NCBI GenBank assembly: GCA_000004985.1
Contig: GG738860.1
Source of the DNA: Naegleria gruberi
Taxonomy: Eukaryota
Strand: one strand, 5' to 3'
DNA: 64,000 nucleotides
Shown one piece after another: positions 33,598 to 45,171 of this stretch. Positions within the stretch are counted from its first letter, which is position 1; every line of letters begins with the position of its first letter. The notes beneath the pieces are model-generated. The model saw only the letters and a program-made list of their open reading frames with translations, was not told where the DNA came from and did no database searches. The position numbers and the translations under genes were made by a program.

Positions 33598-34098
33598 TTT
33601 TATTTGAATTTTAATTTGTTTGCCTTCATTCCCCTTTTAGTGCGCACTCTATTATTGTTCCAAAATGATTCAGTGCACTGTGTTGACAAAAGATACTATG
33701 GTGATGGAGCGAGATGTACATATATTGAATTCTCTGGACAGAACTCAACACACAGAAGAGAAGAAAGTTAATACACTTGATTGTTGAGTTGTTTGTAGAA
33801 TAAGAGAAATAGACAAGATTTGAAAGAGATGGTTGCTACCTTCAATGTATTTCAATTGCATCTATATTGTATTGTAAAGAATGCACAAATGAGATTCTTA
33901 CAATGGAAGGAGGTGTAGTGAATTGGCGTGTACTAGCTACTTTTGTAACATCCGATTTTACAAAACTCAATTTCATACAACTACAGAAACTAAATTGGAT
34001 TCTCTTGGTAAACCATTTTGAAAAAACAGTGTCATCAAAGTAATAACTGAATTAGTTAAATATTGGACAGATGAATTTGATTTTCACACAAACAAAAA

Positions 34099-34668
34099 AT
34101 GTCATACCTTCGAACCCTCTCACTCTATGAACATTGGGATGAGTTTGTTGATGAAACTGTTAAAATGATAATTGAAGAGTGGTCCTCATCACCTTCCGTA
34201 CGAAAAGTAATGCTCCTCAACGATAAAAACACACAGGAAAATAATAATTCGCCTGTTCCTGTGAGTTTAATTTTGGTCAATGAAGAAAATCAAGTGGTTT
34301 CACATGCTAAATTAATTAAATCACAGGAAAATGTTTATATCATTGAAACTGTTGTCACTCGGAAAGATAAAAGAGGTCTCGGATATGGAAAGAGAATTGT
34401 AGATGAAATGTGTTTATATTTTAAAAACAATTTTATTACTGATACATCCAGTACTTTGTATCTATCAACTAAAATACCTAAATTCTATGAAAAGAGTGGA
34501 TTTATAACAAGTCAACCACCAGAGGCTTGTGGAAAAGTCTGTTCAAACCTCAATTCATCTCAAATTAATTCATTGTCTGCCATGTTATCAAAGAGAAATC
34601 AAACTAATTTACCTTTAAGCTCTGAATCCAAATCTGATGAAGTGTGGATGAAATGGATTGTTCAATAA
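34099..34668 (+). CDS. GNAT-family N-acetyltransferase
   Basis: 189 aa. The acetyl-CoA binding motif is VVTRKDKRGLGYGKRIV (R/Q-x-x-G-x-G/A) within a GNAT-like topology. Confidence 0.75.
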   Translation: MSYLRTLSLYEHWDEFVDETVKMIIEEWSSSPSVRKVMLLNDKNTQENNNSPVPVSLILVNEENQVVSHAKLIKSQENVYIIETVVTRKDKRGLGYGKRIVDEMCLYFKNNFITDTSSTLYLSTKIPKFYEKSGFITSQPPEACGKVCSNLNSSQINSLSAMLSKRNQTNLPLSSESKSDEVWMKWIVQ

Positions 34669-34858
34669 AAGATAAATGAATTGTACAACCAATCTTATCT
34701 ACAATATGTGTATCATATTCTCCATCATAATAATGTTTGTGTTCATCTTTGTATTCCAAGAGGAAATAGGTAGGTATTTTTAGAACACTCAAATAATTTT
34801 AAAAATTCATCTATTAAAAAATTAAGCTCACAACAGCTGCACCAATTATTGTATAAAA

Positions 34859-36463
34859 ATGACGATCAAGGAGACTACCGATGCTGAAATGAAGGAATCA
34901 ACTTCCCCAACTACTACTACTCTTTCACCAGAAGAGGAATTGGAATTAGTTATTAAAGGAGAATTGAAGGATCAATTAAAGTTAATTGCTAAATCAGCCC
35001 AACAAGATGATCTTGATAATGATAGAAAACAAATGAGAGCTTTTAGATTGTTCTACAACAAATTAAGAAGACAAATCACAGCCAAGTTGCTCGTTAGCAT
35101 TTTGAAGGTAGGTTTTGAATTGATTCCGATCTAATATTTTGTGGATTAATCTTAGGAATTGAAATGTTCTCATATTGTTTCATATATTGAAGATACTATC
35201 GGAATGCAAGACGATGAACAAAAGCCAATCCCAGAAGCTGAAATTTATTTATGGCTTATTACAATCATCTTTTTAACTGATAAGAAGGAATATCGTCGTG
35301 CTTATACTTGTGCTCTTGATTGCGTGAAATATCAACAAACATTGGAAAAGCAACAAAAGTCTCGCTCTGTCAATTTCCTCTTCTCTAAAGTGTATTTTTA
35401 TTTCTCCCTTGCTCATGAAAAGTTGCCAACCATTTCCAACAATGAATTTAGAAATATTTTGTTAGGAAGATTACGTAGTTGTACATTGTCTCATGATAAT
35501 TGGAGTCAATTTGTTATTTTGAACTGTTTATTGAGATCATATTTACAAGACAAGCTTGTAGAACAAGCCAACAAACTTTTGAAGAATGTACCTGTAGATC
35601 AAACAATTGGACATGTTGACAACAGTCAATTGGCTAGATATTTCTACTACAAGGGAAGAATTCAAAGTATCCAATTGGAATATTCTGAAGCTTTCAACTC
35701 TTTGCAAACTGCTCTCCGTAAGGCACCAAGTGCACAACCAATCAAGAAATCTCAAGGTACTGAATCAATTAATCCAGCTAAACGTACTTATGGTGTTGGT
35801 AGAGGCTTCCGTATCCATACTAACAAGTTGCTTATTGTTGTTAGCTTGTTGATGGGTCACATTCCAGATCGTTCACTCTTTGTTAATACTATTGAAGCAA
35901 CCAACGATAGTGTCACTTTGTCACAATTGAAGCCATATTATGAACTAACACAACAAGTTAGACTTGGTAATGTTAACGGATTTGAAACAATTGTTGAAAA
36001 GTATAGAGATCAATATATTGCTGATGATAATTTGACACTTATTAATCGTATTAGACAAAACGTCATTCGTACCGGTTTGAAGTCAATCATCAAAGCTTAT
36101 TCAAGAATTTCATTTGCAGATGTCAGTCAAAAATTGCATTTGAATGATGTTGATATTAATGATGTTCAAGGTATTATTGCCAAGGCCATTAAGGATGGTA
36201 TTATTGATGCCAAGATTGATGAAAGCACCCAAAGTGTAGATACAGCCAAGAATCAAGATGTTTATCAAACCAGTGAACCAGCTGATGAATTTGACAAACG
36301 TATTCAATTCTGTTTGAGTTGTAGAAGTCAATGTATCAAGGCCATGAGATATCGTGAAGAAAAGAAGAAAAAGCCAACACAACAAGACTCTGAAGATTCT
36401 CTTCATTTAGATATTGATGAACTTGTGGATGAAGTCGATGATGATGATATCATGGATGATTAA
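34859..36463 (+). CDS. RPN3: 26S proteasome regulatory subunit RPN3 (PSMD3), PCI domain
   Basis: Exon 1 is 34859..35107. A 48-nt intron at 35108..35155 (GTAGGT...CTTAG) leads to exon 2 at 35156..36463. PCI-region similarity: YFYYKGRIQSIQLEYSEAFNSLQTALRKAPS, with an acidic C-terminus. TAA stop. Confidence 0.85.
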
Positions 36464-36547
36464 ATTGTTAATAATTAAATACTCCTTTTGTAAATATTTT
36501 TCGAGTCAAGTTTCAAGGCTATTTTTAATTTTTAAAATTAATAAAAA

Positions 36548-37090
36548 ATGATAACAAACAACGAAGAGGAACAAACACCAACCACGGAAAAAAACAATGA
36601 AAATATTGAATTAGAAGATGATGAACAATTAATTACCAGAGCAACGAGACAACAAACGCAAGAATATTTCCAAAAACATAAAATCTCGCAAATCATAAAA
36701 CAAAAGTTAAATGAAGCTTTCAATTTAAATCATCAGGATCCGGTCGAATATTTATTTAGTACAAAGAGGATCCAACAACAAGATTTAAAATTACAACAAC
36801 AAGAAAAAGAATTAAAGGAATTGACCAAAAAACACGATGAAGAACTCACTGCTCTTCAACAAAGTAAAGAGGCCTCTAGAGAAGCATTGATTGAACAAGA
36901 AAAACAACTTGTCGATCAATTGGAACAATTAAGAAAGGAACGTAAAGATTTGGAAGATAAAATTCAACAAACAGAACAACAAAAGAAGGTTAGAGATGAA
37001 AATAGAAAATATAATATTGAGCTTTTAAAGCAACGAAATGCAGAACTGTCTCAAGAAAATCAAAAATTATCGAAAGAATTATCTGTATAA
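36548..37090 (+). CDS. Dpy-30/RIIa-type dimerisation-docking domain protein with a C-terminal coiled coil (candidate flagellar/axonemal protein)
   Basis: ATRQQTQEYFQKHKISQIIKQKLNEAFNLNHQDPVEYLFS matches the Dpy-30 motif (…PPNPIEFLASYLL…). The rest is a Q/E/K-rich heptad coiled coil. Confidence 0.55.
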   Translation: MITNNEEEQTPTTEKNNENIELEDDEQLITRATRQQTQEYFQKHKISQIIKQKLNEAFNLNHQDPVEYLFSTKRIQQQDLKLQQQEKELKELTKKHDEELTALQQSKEASREALIEQEKQLVDQLEQLRKERKDLEDKIQQTEQQKKVRDENRKYNIELLKQRNAELSQENQKLSKELSV

Positions 37091-37119
37091 TTACCTAATT
37101 TGTATATTTAAACACTTAT

Positions 37120-38493
37120 TTATTTCTTTTTCTTTTTTTTCTTTGGTGTTTTGGTTTTCTTTTCCTCAGATGCTGAAGCCTTGCTACTTGCCTCAACAAC
37201 TGCCTTGTTTGTTGTTGTTATATCGGTTTTAAAGTTTTCAATTCCTTCACTGTGATTCTCTAAACAATTTGGACAAAACCATTGTTTCTTGCCTTCTTCT
37301 GGCTTTTGTGAATCTGTTAAGCATTTATCAACATGAAATCCACAATCACAATAATCACAAAATACAAGTGTCCCTTCATTTGGTCCCTTTCTACATTTCA
37401 AACAAATTTTACAATCAGAACATAACCAATTATCCTTATGAACTTGTTCCAAATGTTCCAAATTAGGTGTATAACAAAATGTGTGGAAATATGAATTACA
37501 AGACAAACACTGAATGAATTTGGTCTCCTGCTCAAAACTATTACAAATCTTGCAAAGCTTTCTTGTTCTTGGTCTACCACGTTTCTTTGGAATCTGTGAA
37601 AGGTCAGTTTCAGAAAATATCTTAGTAGATGATTGACTTTCTGTTTCAGTCTTTGGTGTTTCAACTACAGATTCAACTGTTGGTGCATCAGATACATCAA
37701 CAGGTGCCGTAACTGTGCTTTCAATACTTGGTATGGTTTCCTCAGTTTGTGGAAATTCGTCTATCAATTGTATAAGAGCATCATTCTCGTCTATCATCTC
37801 TTGTTGTGGCTTATTTGATGAAAGAGAATCGATCACATCCGAATAGGTGTTTGAAATTCCTTCCAATCTATCCCTAGAAATTACTATTGTTGAATTAAGA
37901 GTTGGTTGATTTAGACGATTAAAACCAAACTCGTTAGCATATTCTGGTCTACTTTTACAATACATTTCCAAAATACTCTTAGTGTTATGAATATATCTTT
38001 GTTCTTGTTTCGAATTTTGGAAGAATTTGGTACAGTAACAAATTACTCTAGCTGTGTATGGACAAGCTGTATGGAAGTTAGATTTGTATCCGAAACTAGT
38101 CTTAACATTAGGGAATGATGACATTAGAAAAGGAACTTCCTCCTTTTGTCTCTTCATCAATTGTATTTCTTCCAAAGATAATTGCTTAGATTTTGTTTGA
38201 TCTCCATTATGAACAATCGATGACGAATTATCATTCACATTAGATAGTAAATCTCCATTTATCATCATCAAGTCATCACCATGTGCAATATTGTTATTTC
38301 CTTCCTCCAAAATAATATTTGTTGTTTGAACGGAAGAAGATGTATCAACAACAGATGCAAGAACCTCATCGGCACTCTCATCAATTCCATTCAACAATTC
38401 ATCGACGTCATTTTGATGAGAACGTGGCGGAGTTTCAATTTCACTCATTTTTTTCAACTTTACTTTTAGCGGTTTCTTGAAGAAAATGATCAT
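37120..38493 (-). CDS. DPF/Requiem (d4-family, BAF45-like) protein: Kruppel-type C2H2 finger, AT-hook, tandem PHD fingers
   Basis: The C2H2 finger is ACPYTARVICYCTKFFQNSKQEQRYIHN. The AT-hook is KKRGRPRTRK. The double PHD is CKICNSFEQETKFIQCLSCNSYFHTFCYTP...WLCSDCKICLKCRKGPNEGTLVFCDYCDCGFHVDKCL...WFCPNC. The likely start is the internal Met MSEIETPP. Confidence 0.65.
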   Translation of the reverse strand: MIIFFKKPLKVKLKKMSEIETPPRSHQNDVDELLNGIDESADEVLASVVDTSSSVQTTNIILEEGNNNIAHGDDLMMINGDLLSNVNDNSSSIVHNGDQTKSKQLSLEEIQLMKRQKEEVPFLMSSFPNVKTSFGYKSNFHTACPYTARVICYCTKFFQNSKQEQRYIHNTKSILEMYCKSRPEYANEFGFNRLNQPTLNSTIVISRDRLEGISNTYSDVIDSLSSNKPQQEMIDENDALIQLIDEFPQTEETIPSIESTVTAPVDVSDAPTVESVVETPKTETESQSSTKIFSETDLSQIPKKRGRPRTRKLCKICNSFEQETKFIQCLSCNSYFHTFCYTPNLEHLEQVHKDNWLCSDCKICLKCRKGPNEGTLVFCDYCDCGFHVDKCLTDSQKPEEGKKQWFCPNCLENHSEGIENFKTDITTTNKAVVEASSKASASEEKKTKTPKKKKKKK

Positions 38494-38708
38494 TGTTATG
38501 TAACGGGATATGACTCATAGTTGTTTCATCATGAGCAATGCTCTTCTTGTATCAATTCGTATTGAATAAATGGCTCGACATTTTTTACTGGCTATGATAA
38601 GCATCAGGAGTTGAATTTTTAAAAAAGGCTTTCCTTCCCGTTCTTCCGGTGTTGTTGGGAAGTAAAAAATTGGATTTTTCAAAAATTTAATATTTTAAAA
38701 ATAAAAAA

Positions 38709-39268
38709 ATGTCAAAACCAGTAAAGATTAGAGCAGGTACAACAGCATTGTTAGGAATTATCGGTGATGAGGAAACTGTTACTGGTTTCTTGTTGGCAGG
38801 TATTGGTGATAATGATCCAAAGCATGCTGAAAATTTCCTTATCGTTTCCCAAAGTATGTGTGATTTTTTTGTTATGATGATATATATTTGTTGTGTGATG
38901 ATATTTGGTTGACGAATTGTGAATATTATTAATGTTATTGGCATGAAATTATAATGCGGAAATAATGGACTTTTTACTTTGGATTTTAAAAGGTACTCCA
39001 CAATCACAAATTGAAGAAGCTTTCAAAAAATTCACTTCCAGAGAAGATATTGCTATTTTACTTATCAACCAACATGTTAGTATTTAATATTTCAATTAAT
39101 TTCTTACGAGTATAATGTATTAATTAGGTCGCTGAACAAATCAGATATTTGTTGGACAGCTATTCTCAAATCACTCCAGCTATTTTAGAAGTCCCATCTA
39201 AGGAAGCTCCTTATGATCCATCCAAAGATTACATCCTCTCCCGTGTTAAAATGTTCTTCTCCGATTAA
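38709..39268 (+). CDS. ATP6V1F: V-type H+-ATPase subunit F (Vma7)
   Basis: Exon coordinates:
- 38709..38853
- 38993..39075
- 39128..39268

Introns are 139 nt (GTATGT...AAAAG) and 52 nt (GTTAGT...ATTAG).

Spliced product: [122 protein letters not shown]. It is colinear with yeast Vma7 and human ATP6V1F. Confidence 0.9.
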
Positions 39269-39305
39269 TAAATCCTTTCTCTTGATCTTTTCTTGTATTC
39301 AAAGT

Positions 39306-42300
39306 TTAGTTTATTTTGACATTTGATGTGGTAAATCTTGCATAAATTGGAGCAAATATCTCTAAATGTTTTCTTAATGAGTTTTTGATATTGGCCATAT
39401 AATCTTCTTGTTGTGGAGGTGGTTGAGTTGGATTAGTTGGATCTGTTGTTGGGGGTGTAGTGTTGGCATTAGAAGTCTTTGTGCTTACAATGAAACGGAA
39501 AATATCTAATAGCATGTCAACTGCTTCTCTCGGTGAAACATAAGGAATAATTTCGTTAATAAGGTCCATTGGTTCCACAATCAATTCAGCTCTATAAATG
39601 ATGTTAATGATTTGTATCGTTTTCATTATCAAATGTTTGTCACTTTCACTAGATCCAAAACCCTTATTATTTGATAATACTCGTAAATTCCATTCACCAA
39701 TTACATTAGCAAACAAACTTATTATAGTTAGTTCCATATTTTCAAGTTCTATAAACTTCTTAGGATATGATAATGAAATAAAATCAATCAAACTGTACAA
39801 AATAGGGAATTTGTGGAACATCTTGTCTATAACTATTTCTCTTTCGGTCATTGGTTTCTTAGGTAAAGTTGTTATCAGTTGGGAAGGAGATTGAGCAGGA
39901 TATTGCAACTTGAGTCTTTTCATTAACTGCTTGCCAAGTTGTAAGGTTGTCAAAAGGTTCTTTTCTGGATTTTGGGAGAATAAGCATTTGGAGAATAGGC
40001 TGAGAATATGTGACTTGTTAAGTTTGACAATTTCTTCATTATACCTGTCATGGTGAGAAGTGTCTTTCTTGAGATGGAAAGATCTATTTCTTATTTTAAG
40101 CTGTACATTATTTGGATTTACAAAGACGACACCTCTTGTTCTGATACCTGATTTATCATCAAGGATGTATTTCTTCTTATTGGTAGTGCTGGTATCGTTG
40201 GAGTTAATTTGTTTAACTAAGGATGGATGTTCCGATTTAGATGTTGATTCAGTGGTTTCAGTGTTCAACTCTAAACCTTCCTCTACATCTTTGAAGAGTA
40301 TTTTTGTAATAAAATTCTTATCCTCAGATCTGATATCATCATTACTTAATATCTTAGAGTTTGTTGATGTTTCGTCAGGGAAAAAGTAGTTGACAAGTGA
40401 TAACGCATCCTTGTGATAGAGCAAAGGATAGTTAATTTGTTCATGCACTTGTGTTGAAGTGAATACATTGGTTGCATGGAGTCTGGATTCCATGTGATTA
40501 GAAAATATTAAATCAAGGGTAAAATCAAAAACAGAAGAGGCAACTTTTTCAAATCTAGTGCACAAAGTTGAAACTATTTCTTTTGTTATACTCCTACATG
40601 ATTCAATTATTTCCATTCTTCCATCGAAAACAATATACAACAAGTAATAGTAGTATAAAGTACTTGCAATATCACTATCAGGGTCAATAATGTTGTTAGG
40701 AATAATTTCATGAGATGCTTTCATTCTATTTCTCAATTGGTGTCTTCTCTGATGTTTAGTGGAGAAGGTAGGTTTAAGTAAAAAGAAATAGTAAGCAATC
40801 AGAGCTTGGGATAATTGATTGGCTATCATTTCTGGTATTGTTATGGAGGCTGTCTCTTCAGTGCTACGAATAATAGTTACTGTTTTTAAAATAGAAATAA
40901 AGGATTCGAGTATTAGAATAGGTAGGTCTTTGGCAGTAGGTGATGATCTAAAAAGGTATGGATACAACAATTGCCATTTTGTTATAAAATAATAACAAAT
41001 TACGGACTTGTACTGAACTTCCTCATCTTCCATGTCTTTCATGATGTTTATCCAAAGACAAATATTTCTTATAACCATACAACAATTATCTTGTTCATTT
41101 GAATTGGTAATCTTCCATAACACTTTTTCAATAAATGGTTCATTGAAAGTGGAATAGTTCTTAGCAACCACATCATAAAGTTTCAAAAAAACTATTGTAA
41201 CCTTTCCATCTTTTGATGAAATATCTTTAGAGAATGAGAATGACTTTAGAATATGTAAAAGGATGTTCGACGAAATTGCTTCTCCACCTGCTATACATAA
41301 AAGTTCAAGTAAGAAGAACCATATTGATTCGCTGATGGCATCCGATTGGATAGTAAATAACAGAATATCTTCGAAATGTTTCTGTAAGCTATTTAAGAAT
41401 GTCAGAGAGTTCAATCTTGGAACTAGAGATGGTGAAACCTGTTGAATAGTATCTGCTGAATAATTGAATTCGTGGAGCTTAGAGGAGTAGAAAATAAAAT
41501 CTTCTTGGAGTATCGAAACAACATAATTCAAAACCACAAAGAATTTGTCCCTAATGTAATGATCAACTTCCTCATCCTCAATAATGCTTTTGAAAAGCAT
41601 TAGAAAATCAAAAGAGTGATCTCTTAGTTGATGCATATTTTCTCCAATAATTTCCAATAAAATTCCAAGACCATGTCTATCTGGTATTTTGAAAGGAAGA
41701 ACGGAAAGCAATGAAATAAAACCTTTCTTGTTAGATTGCACCATTTCTAAAAAGTCTGGCAAAATTATTTTGATCACACCTTCACATTCACTCAATAGAT
41801 AGAAAATTAGGGCAAATAGGATTTGCTTCTTTTCGTGGCTAATATTATGAATATCAAACATTATTTCCTTTACCATAGGCAGTAATAAACTCTTAAGTAT
41901 TTCTGGAAATTTGTTACTCATATTAGCAAGAGTTTTCAGCTCCCTTTTAAGTATCAGCTTTTCCTTCATTGAGTCAAATATTGGAATATTAAATAAATTT
42001 TCTCTAGATTGGCCAAGATTTAGCAATGAATTAATTATTTCAAGAATAACTTTTGAAATAATAAATGGAAGGGATATAAAAGGATTTTCTAAAGAAAAAT
42101 TTACAAAGAGAAAATCGCTTTCAGTAGAGTACAAAAAGTCCAAAAGAACTCTATGCTTTGAATAGATTTCTCTAAGTGAAGGACATAAATCATAATTTAC
42201 AACTTGTCTCAACTCGTTAGGTATTATAATTTTGTTAAACTCTGATATTGTAGTTGACTTGTCGATTGGCTTAAAAATAAATTTCATTATGTCTAAATAG

Positions 42301-42944
42301 AGTTGGCACAGGTTATGAATTTCCAACTTATCTAAAATAGCTCCAGTTGTAATATTTTTGGATTCAAAGACCTCATTTGATGTTTTTCTCTTTTTTTGAG
42401 GAGGATTCAATTCGTCTGTAGTTAAATTCTCAACTTGATTCATGTCTTCTGGAGGAGGAGTATAAATGGAAAGGGTTCTATTGATTTCTGATATTATTTG
42501 TTGAGTTAAAAACTCTAAAACTTCTTTTTGGAAATTTTGATTTTTAGTGTTCTTAATTCTCAACTTTAAATCGCTTGTAATTGCTTTTTTAACAACATAA
42601 TAATTTAGTTTCCAATGTTCATCCAATTGCTCGGATTGTTTGATTAAGTTTTCCATTCTTTGATTACGTGTTCTGTTGTATGATTGTTCCTTGAAGATGG
42701 ATTCTTTACATTTTTCGTATTGTTCATAGTACAGACTCATCTGATTACAAAGTGTTTTAAAACTATTCATAAATTCATCATCACTGGTTTGATTTGTAAA
42801 TACATCCCGAAGAGTCTGGGAGAGAATAGTAGGATCCACAATCGCAACAATTTGTTTAAAATACGTATAAGTATGATAATCTTGTTGCTTTGTTTTTGGG
42901 ATCACAAAGATGGATTGAAGTTTTGCCTGATGATCCATCATCAC
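39306..42944 (-). CDS. Large hypothetical protein (1212 aa), probably alpha-helical repeat (HEAT/ARM-like)
   Basis: Uninterrupted ORF with a TAA stop. No confident family assignment. Confidence 0.5.
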   Translation of the reverse strand: MMMDHQAKLQSIFVIPKTKQQDYHTYTYFKQIVAIVDPTILSQTLRDVFTNQTSDDEFMNSFKTLCNQMSLYYEQYEKCKESIFKEQSYNRTRNQRMENLIKQSEQLDEHWKLNYYVVKKAITSDLKLRIKNTKNQNFQKEVLEFLTQQIISEINRTLSIYTPPPEDMNQVENLTTDELNPPQKKRKTSNEVFESKNITTGAILDKLEIHNLCQLYLDIMKFIFKPIDKSTTISEFNKIIIPNELRQVVNYDLCPSLREIYSKHRVLLDFLYSTESDFLFVNFSLENPFISLPFIISKVILEIINSLLNLGQSRENLFNIPIFDSMKEKLILKRELKTLANMSNKFPEILKSLLLPMVKEIMFDIHNISHEKKQILFALIFYLLSECEGVIKIILPDFLEMVQSNKKGFISLLSVLPFKIPDRHGLGILLEIIGENMHQLRDHSFDFLMLFKSIIEDEEVDHYIRDKFFVVLNYVVSILQEDFIFYSSKLHEFNYSADTIQQVSPSLVPRLNSLTFLNSLQKHFEDILLFTIQSDAISESIWFFLLELLCIAGGEAISSNILLHILKSFSFSKDISSKDGKVTIVFLKLYDVVAKNYSTFNEPFIEKVLWKITNSNEQDNCCMVIRNICLWINIMKDMEDEEVQYKSVICYYFITKWQLLYPYLFRSSPTAKDLPILILESFISILKTVTIIRSTEETASITIPEMIANQLSQALIAYYFFLLKPTFSTKHQRRHQLRNRMKASHEIIPNNIIDPDSDIASTLYYYYLLYIVFDGRMEIIESCRSITKEIVSTLCTRFEKVASSVFDFTLDLIFSNHMESRLHATNVFTSTQVHEQINYPLLYHKDALSLVNYFFPDETSTNSKILSNDDIRSEDKNFITKILFKDVEEGLELNTETTESTSKSEHPSLVKQINSNDTSTTNKKKYILDDKSGIRTRGVVFVNPNNVQLKIRNRSFHLKKDTSHHDRYNEEIVKLNKSHILSLFSKCLFSQNPEKNLLTTLQLGKQLMKRLKLQYPAQSPSQLITTLPKKPMTEREIVIDKMFHKFPILYSLIDFISLSYPKKFIELENMELTIISLFANVIGEWNLRVLSNNKGFGSSESDKHLIMKTIQIINIIYRAELIVEPMDLINEIIPYVSPREAVDMLLDIFRFIVSTKTSNANTTPPTTDPTNPTQPPPQQEDYMANIKNSLRKHLEIFAPIYARFTTSNVKIN

Positions 42945-43041
42945 TCTGTTGCAATCAAATAATTTATTTTTTTTTCTATTTATTTTTCAAATTATCATCG
43001 GCTTGAAGTCCTTCACAGCAGTGAAGAAGGAAGAATAATTA

Positions 43042-44106
43042 TTATTTCGACTCCAAACTACTATTGGATTGTGATTGTTTAGAGAGTGGTGTTCTGATTT
43101 TTACAGTACACCTTTTTTTCCATTTTGTTGGTGTGTCATCATCGCTTTTTCTCTTGTTCTTGTTTGGGGAATGGTCAACAAACGATGGTGAATACTTTTC
43201 TTCCTTTGGCTCTTCTTTTGGTGGTGGTGTGAGAATAATAATATTGGTATCGTCTGGCGATAGAATAATTGTGTGAATAGAACTGTCTTTTGTTTCCTCC
43301 TTTTTAATTGGACTAATAGCTTCCAGACCTCCATCAAAACTGTCTGTGAATGAAGAATCCACAAGGTTAATGGTGGTAGAATCACTCTTTCTCTTTGGAA
43401 TGGAGAAGAATGCAAGATTGGGAGTTACGGTTTTTGTCTTTAGCTGCTCTCGTTCTTTTTCTTCCTTAATTATAGAATTAATTATTTTTTCCTCGGGTAA
43501 TGGATTCGTCCTATCAATATTAGAATTATATCGTAGAATGAATTCCTTAATTCTCCAAATCATTTGTTCTCTGGTGCCATGGAGAGGTAATGAATATTTC
43601 TTCAAATATTCTTTGAGTTGATTGTTTTTCAATAATGAAAAACAAAGTGGTGGAAGTTTGCTTTTTTGAATTTGCTCGTGAGTATGTTTGTTGTTTTTAA
43701 GTTGTTCAGACCAGTCGAACGATTCTTGACTTTCACTGATTATTGATTTTTGATCTTCTCTCGTTTGGCTTATTTCCTGACTATGATTTCCAAATTTTTC
43801 CATAAGATCTTTCCTCGCTCTAATATACATATCCATCATATCCGAAACAAAAGGTATTTTAATGATATCACTCTTTGAATATTCCTCTTTACAGACAGGA
43901 CATTTGTTTCTAAATGAAAATTCTCTAGAAATACACAAATCACAAAAGAAGTGATTGCATGTTTTTACACATTTTGGATTATCCATAAATTCTTTACAAA
44001 TAGGACATTGCAAACTCCTCTCGAATTGTGACATTGAAGGAATACTTGACTCCCACCAATCTGCATCGGAAGAGTCCTCAACAGAGAGCAGTGGATGTTT
44101 TGACAT
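43042..44106 (-). CDS. RAD18: E3 ubiquitin ligase RAD18 (post-replication repair)
   Basis: N-terminal C3HC4 RING: LQCPICKEFMDNPKCVKTCNHFFCDLCISREFSFRNKCPVCKEE. SAP domain: KLPPLCFSLLKNNQLKEYLKKYSLPLHGTREQMIWRIKEFILRYNSN. The domain order is as in RAD18. Confidence 0.85.
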   Translation of the reverse strand: MSKHPLLSVEDSSDADWWESSIPSMSQFERSLQCPICKEFMDNPKCVKTCNHFFCDLCISREFSFRNKCPVCKEEYSKSDIIKIPFVSDMMDMYIRARKDLMEKFGNHSQEISQTREDQKSIISESQESFDWSEQLKNNKHTHEQIQKSKLPPLCFSLLKNNQLKEYLKKYSLPLHGTREQMIWRIKEFILRYNSNIDRTNPLPEEKIINSIIKEEKEREQLKTKTVTPNLAFFSIPKRKSDSTTINLVDSSFTDSFDGGLEAISPIKKEETKDSSIHTIILSPDDTNIIILTPPPKEEPKEEKYSPSFVDHSPNKNKRKSDDDTPTKWKKRCTVKIRTPLSKQSQSNSSLESK

Positions 44107-44239
44107 TTTTTTAATAATAATTAATTTTCAGTTCTTGCGCTTGATCGAACTCCAAATCACTGGTCATTTCGAGCATGAAGAAAATGGCGCCTAAATTGTA
44201 GTGTAACAGAAACCCTCTACAGTTTTCAAAATCAAAAAA

Positions 44240-45124
44240 ATGCAATATTATACAACACAACAACTTCAAGGTCATACAACCTTTAAACCTCACGTTAGAA
44301 TCGGAAATTGGAATGAGGATATTGAATTAATGAACGAAAAACAAAAAGAATTAGAAAGAGCTAAGGATGCTGGTTTGCTTCCTCATCAAGTGATGGAAAA
44401 AAAGTTGCAACATCACATGGAACCAGTAACAATCAAATTTAATGAAGAAAAACAAATTAGATTCGGAGATATTGTTATGATAAAAAGTTTAAATACAAAT
44501 GGGTACTTGTCAATGGATTTGGATACACAACTTCATCATGTTCACGATAGATTTGCTTGCTCCACTTCTCCTTTGGTTAATTCGCCAGTGTCAAGGAATT
44601 GTTATATTGTCGAAAGAGTTGAGAACGATGTCAATATCGATATGATCATTCCTGATGAGGAAAGCCATTTACTTCACTATGGGCAAAAGTTTAGATTGAG
44701 ATGCGTTCCTCAATTTAGTGCACCTGTAAGTATTCTGAGTTCTTCAAACCTTAAAGATTAATCGATTATGCAGCTCTTTTTGAGATCAGAAAAGGCCTCA
44801 CCAACCTGCTTTGCTTCAGGAACTTCAAGCGCAGAGAAATGTCAAGAAGTTTCTGTTGACAAATTGTACACATATGATTCTGTTTGGAAATTTCAATACA
44901 TCCACAAAGGATTTAGACTTGAAAATGAAGGACAAGTGGTTACTCTTGATGATCCACTGATTGTCACTCACTGTGCAACAAATCAATGTTTGAATTCTAC
45001 AAAGAAAACAACTGTTTTGAATGATTTTGGACAAGAATTCCAAGTTTTCTGTAAAACCATGTTAACCATCCACAAGACTGAAGATGTATGCAATCATTTT
45101 GTTTTGACACAAGGAGGAAAATAA
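44240..45124 (+). CDS. CFAP161: Cilia- and flagella-associated protein 161 (CFAP161)
   Basis: Exon 1 is 44240..44725. A 48-nt intron at 44726..44773 (GTAAGT...TGCAG) leads to exon 2 at 44774..45124. The N-terminal VRIGNWNED motif is identical to CFAP161. The C-terminal LIVTHCATNQCLNS parallels LINHCHTNRGLAAH. About 283 aa versus 301 aa in human. Confidence 0.8.
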
Positions 45125-45171
45125 CACATCTTTCATTTGTTCATAATAAATTAGGTGGCATGTTTATATAT

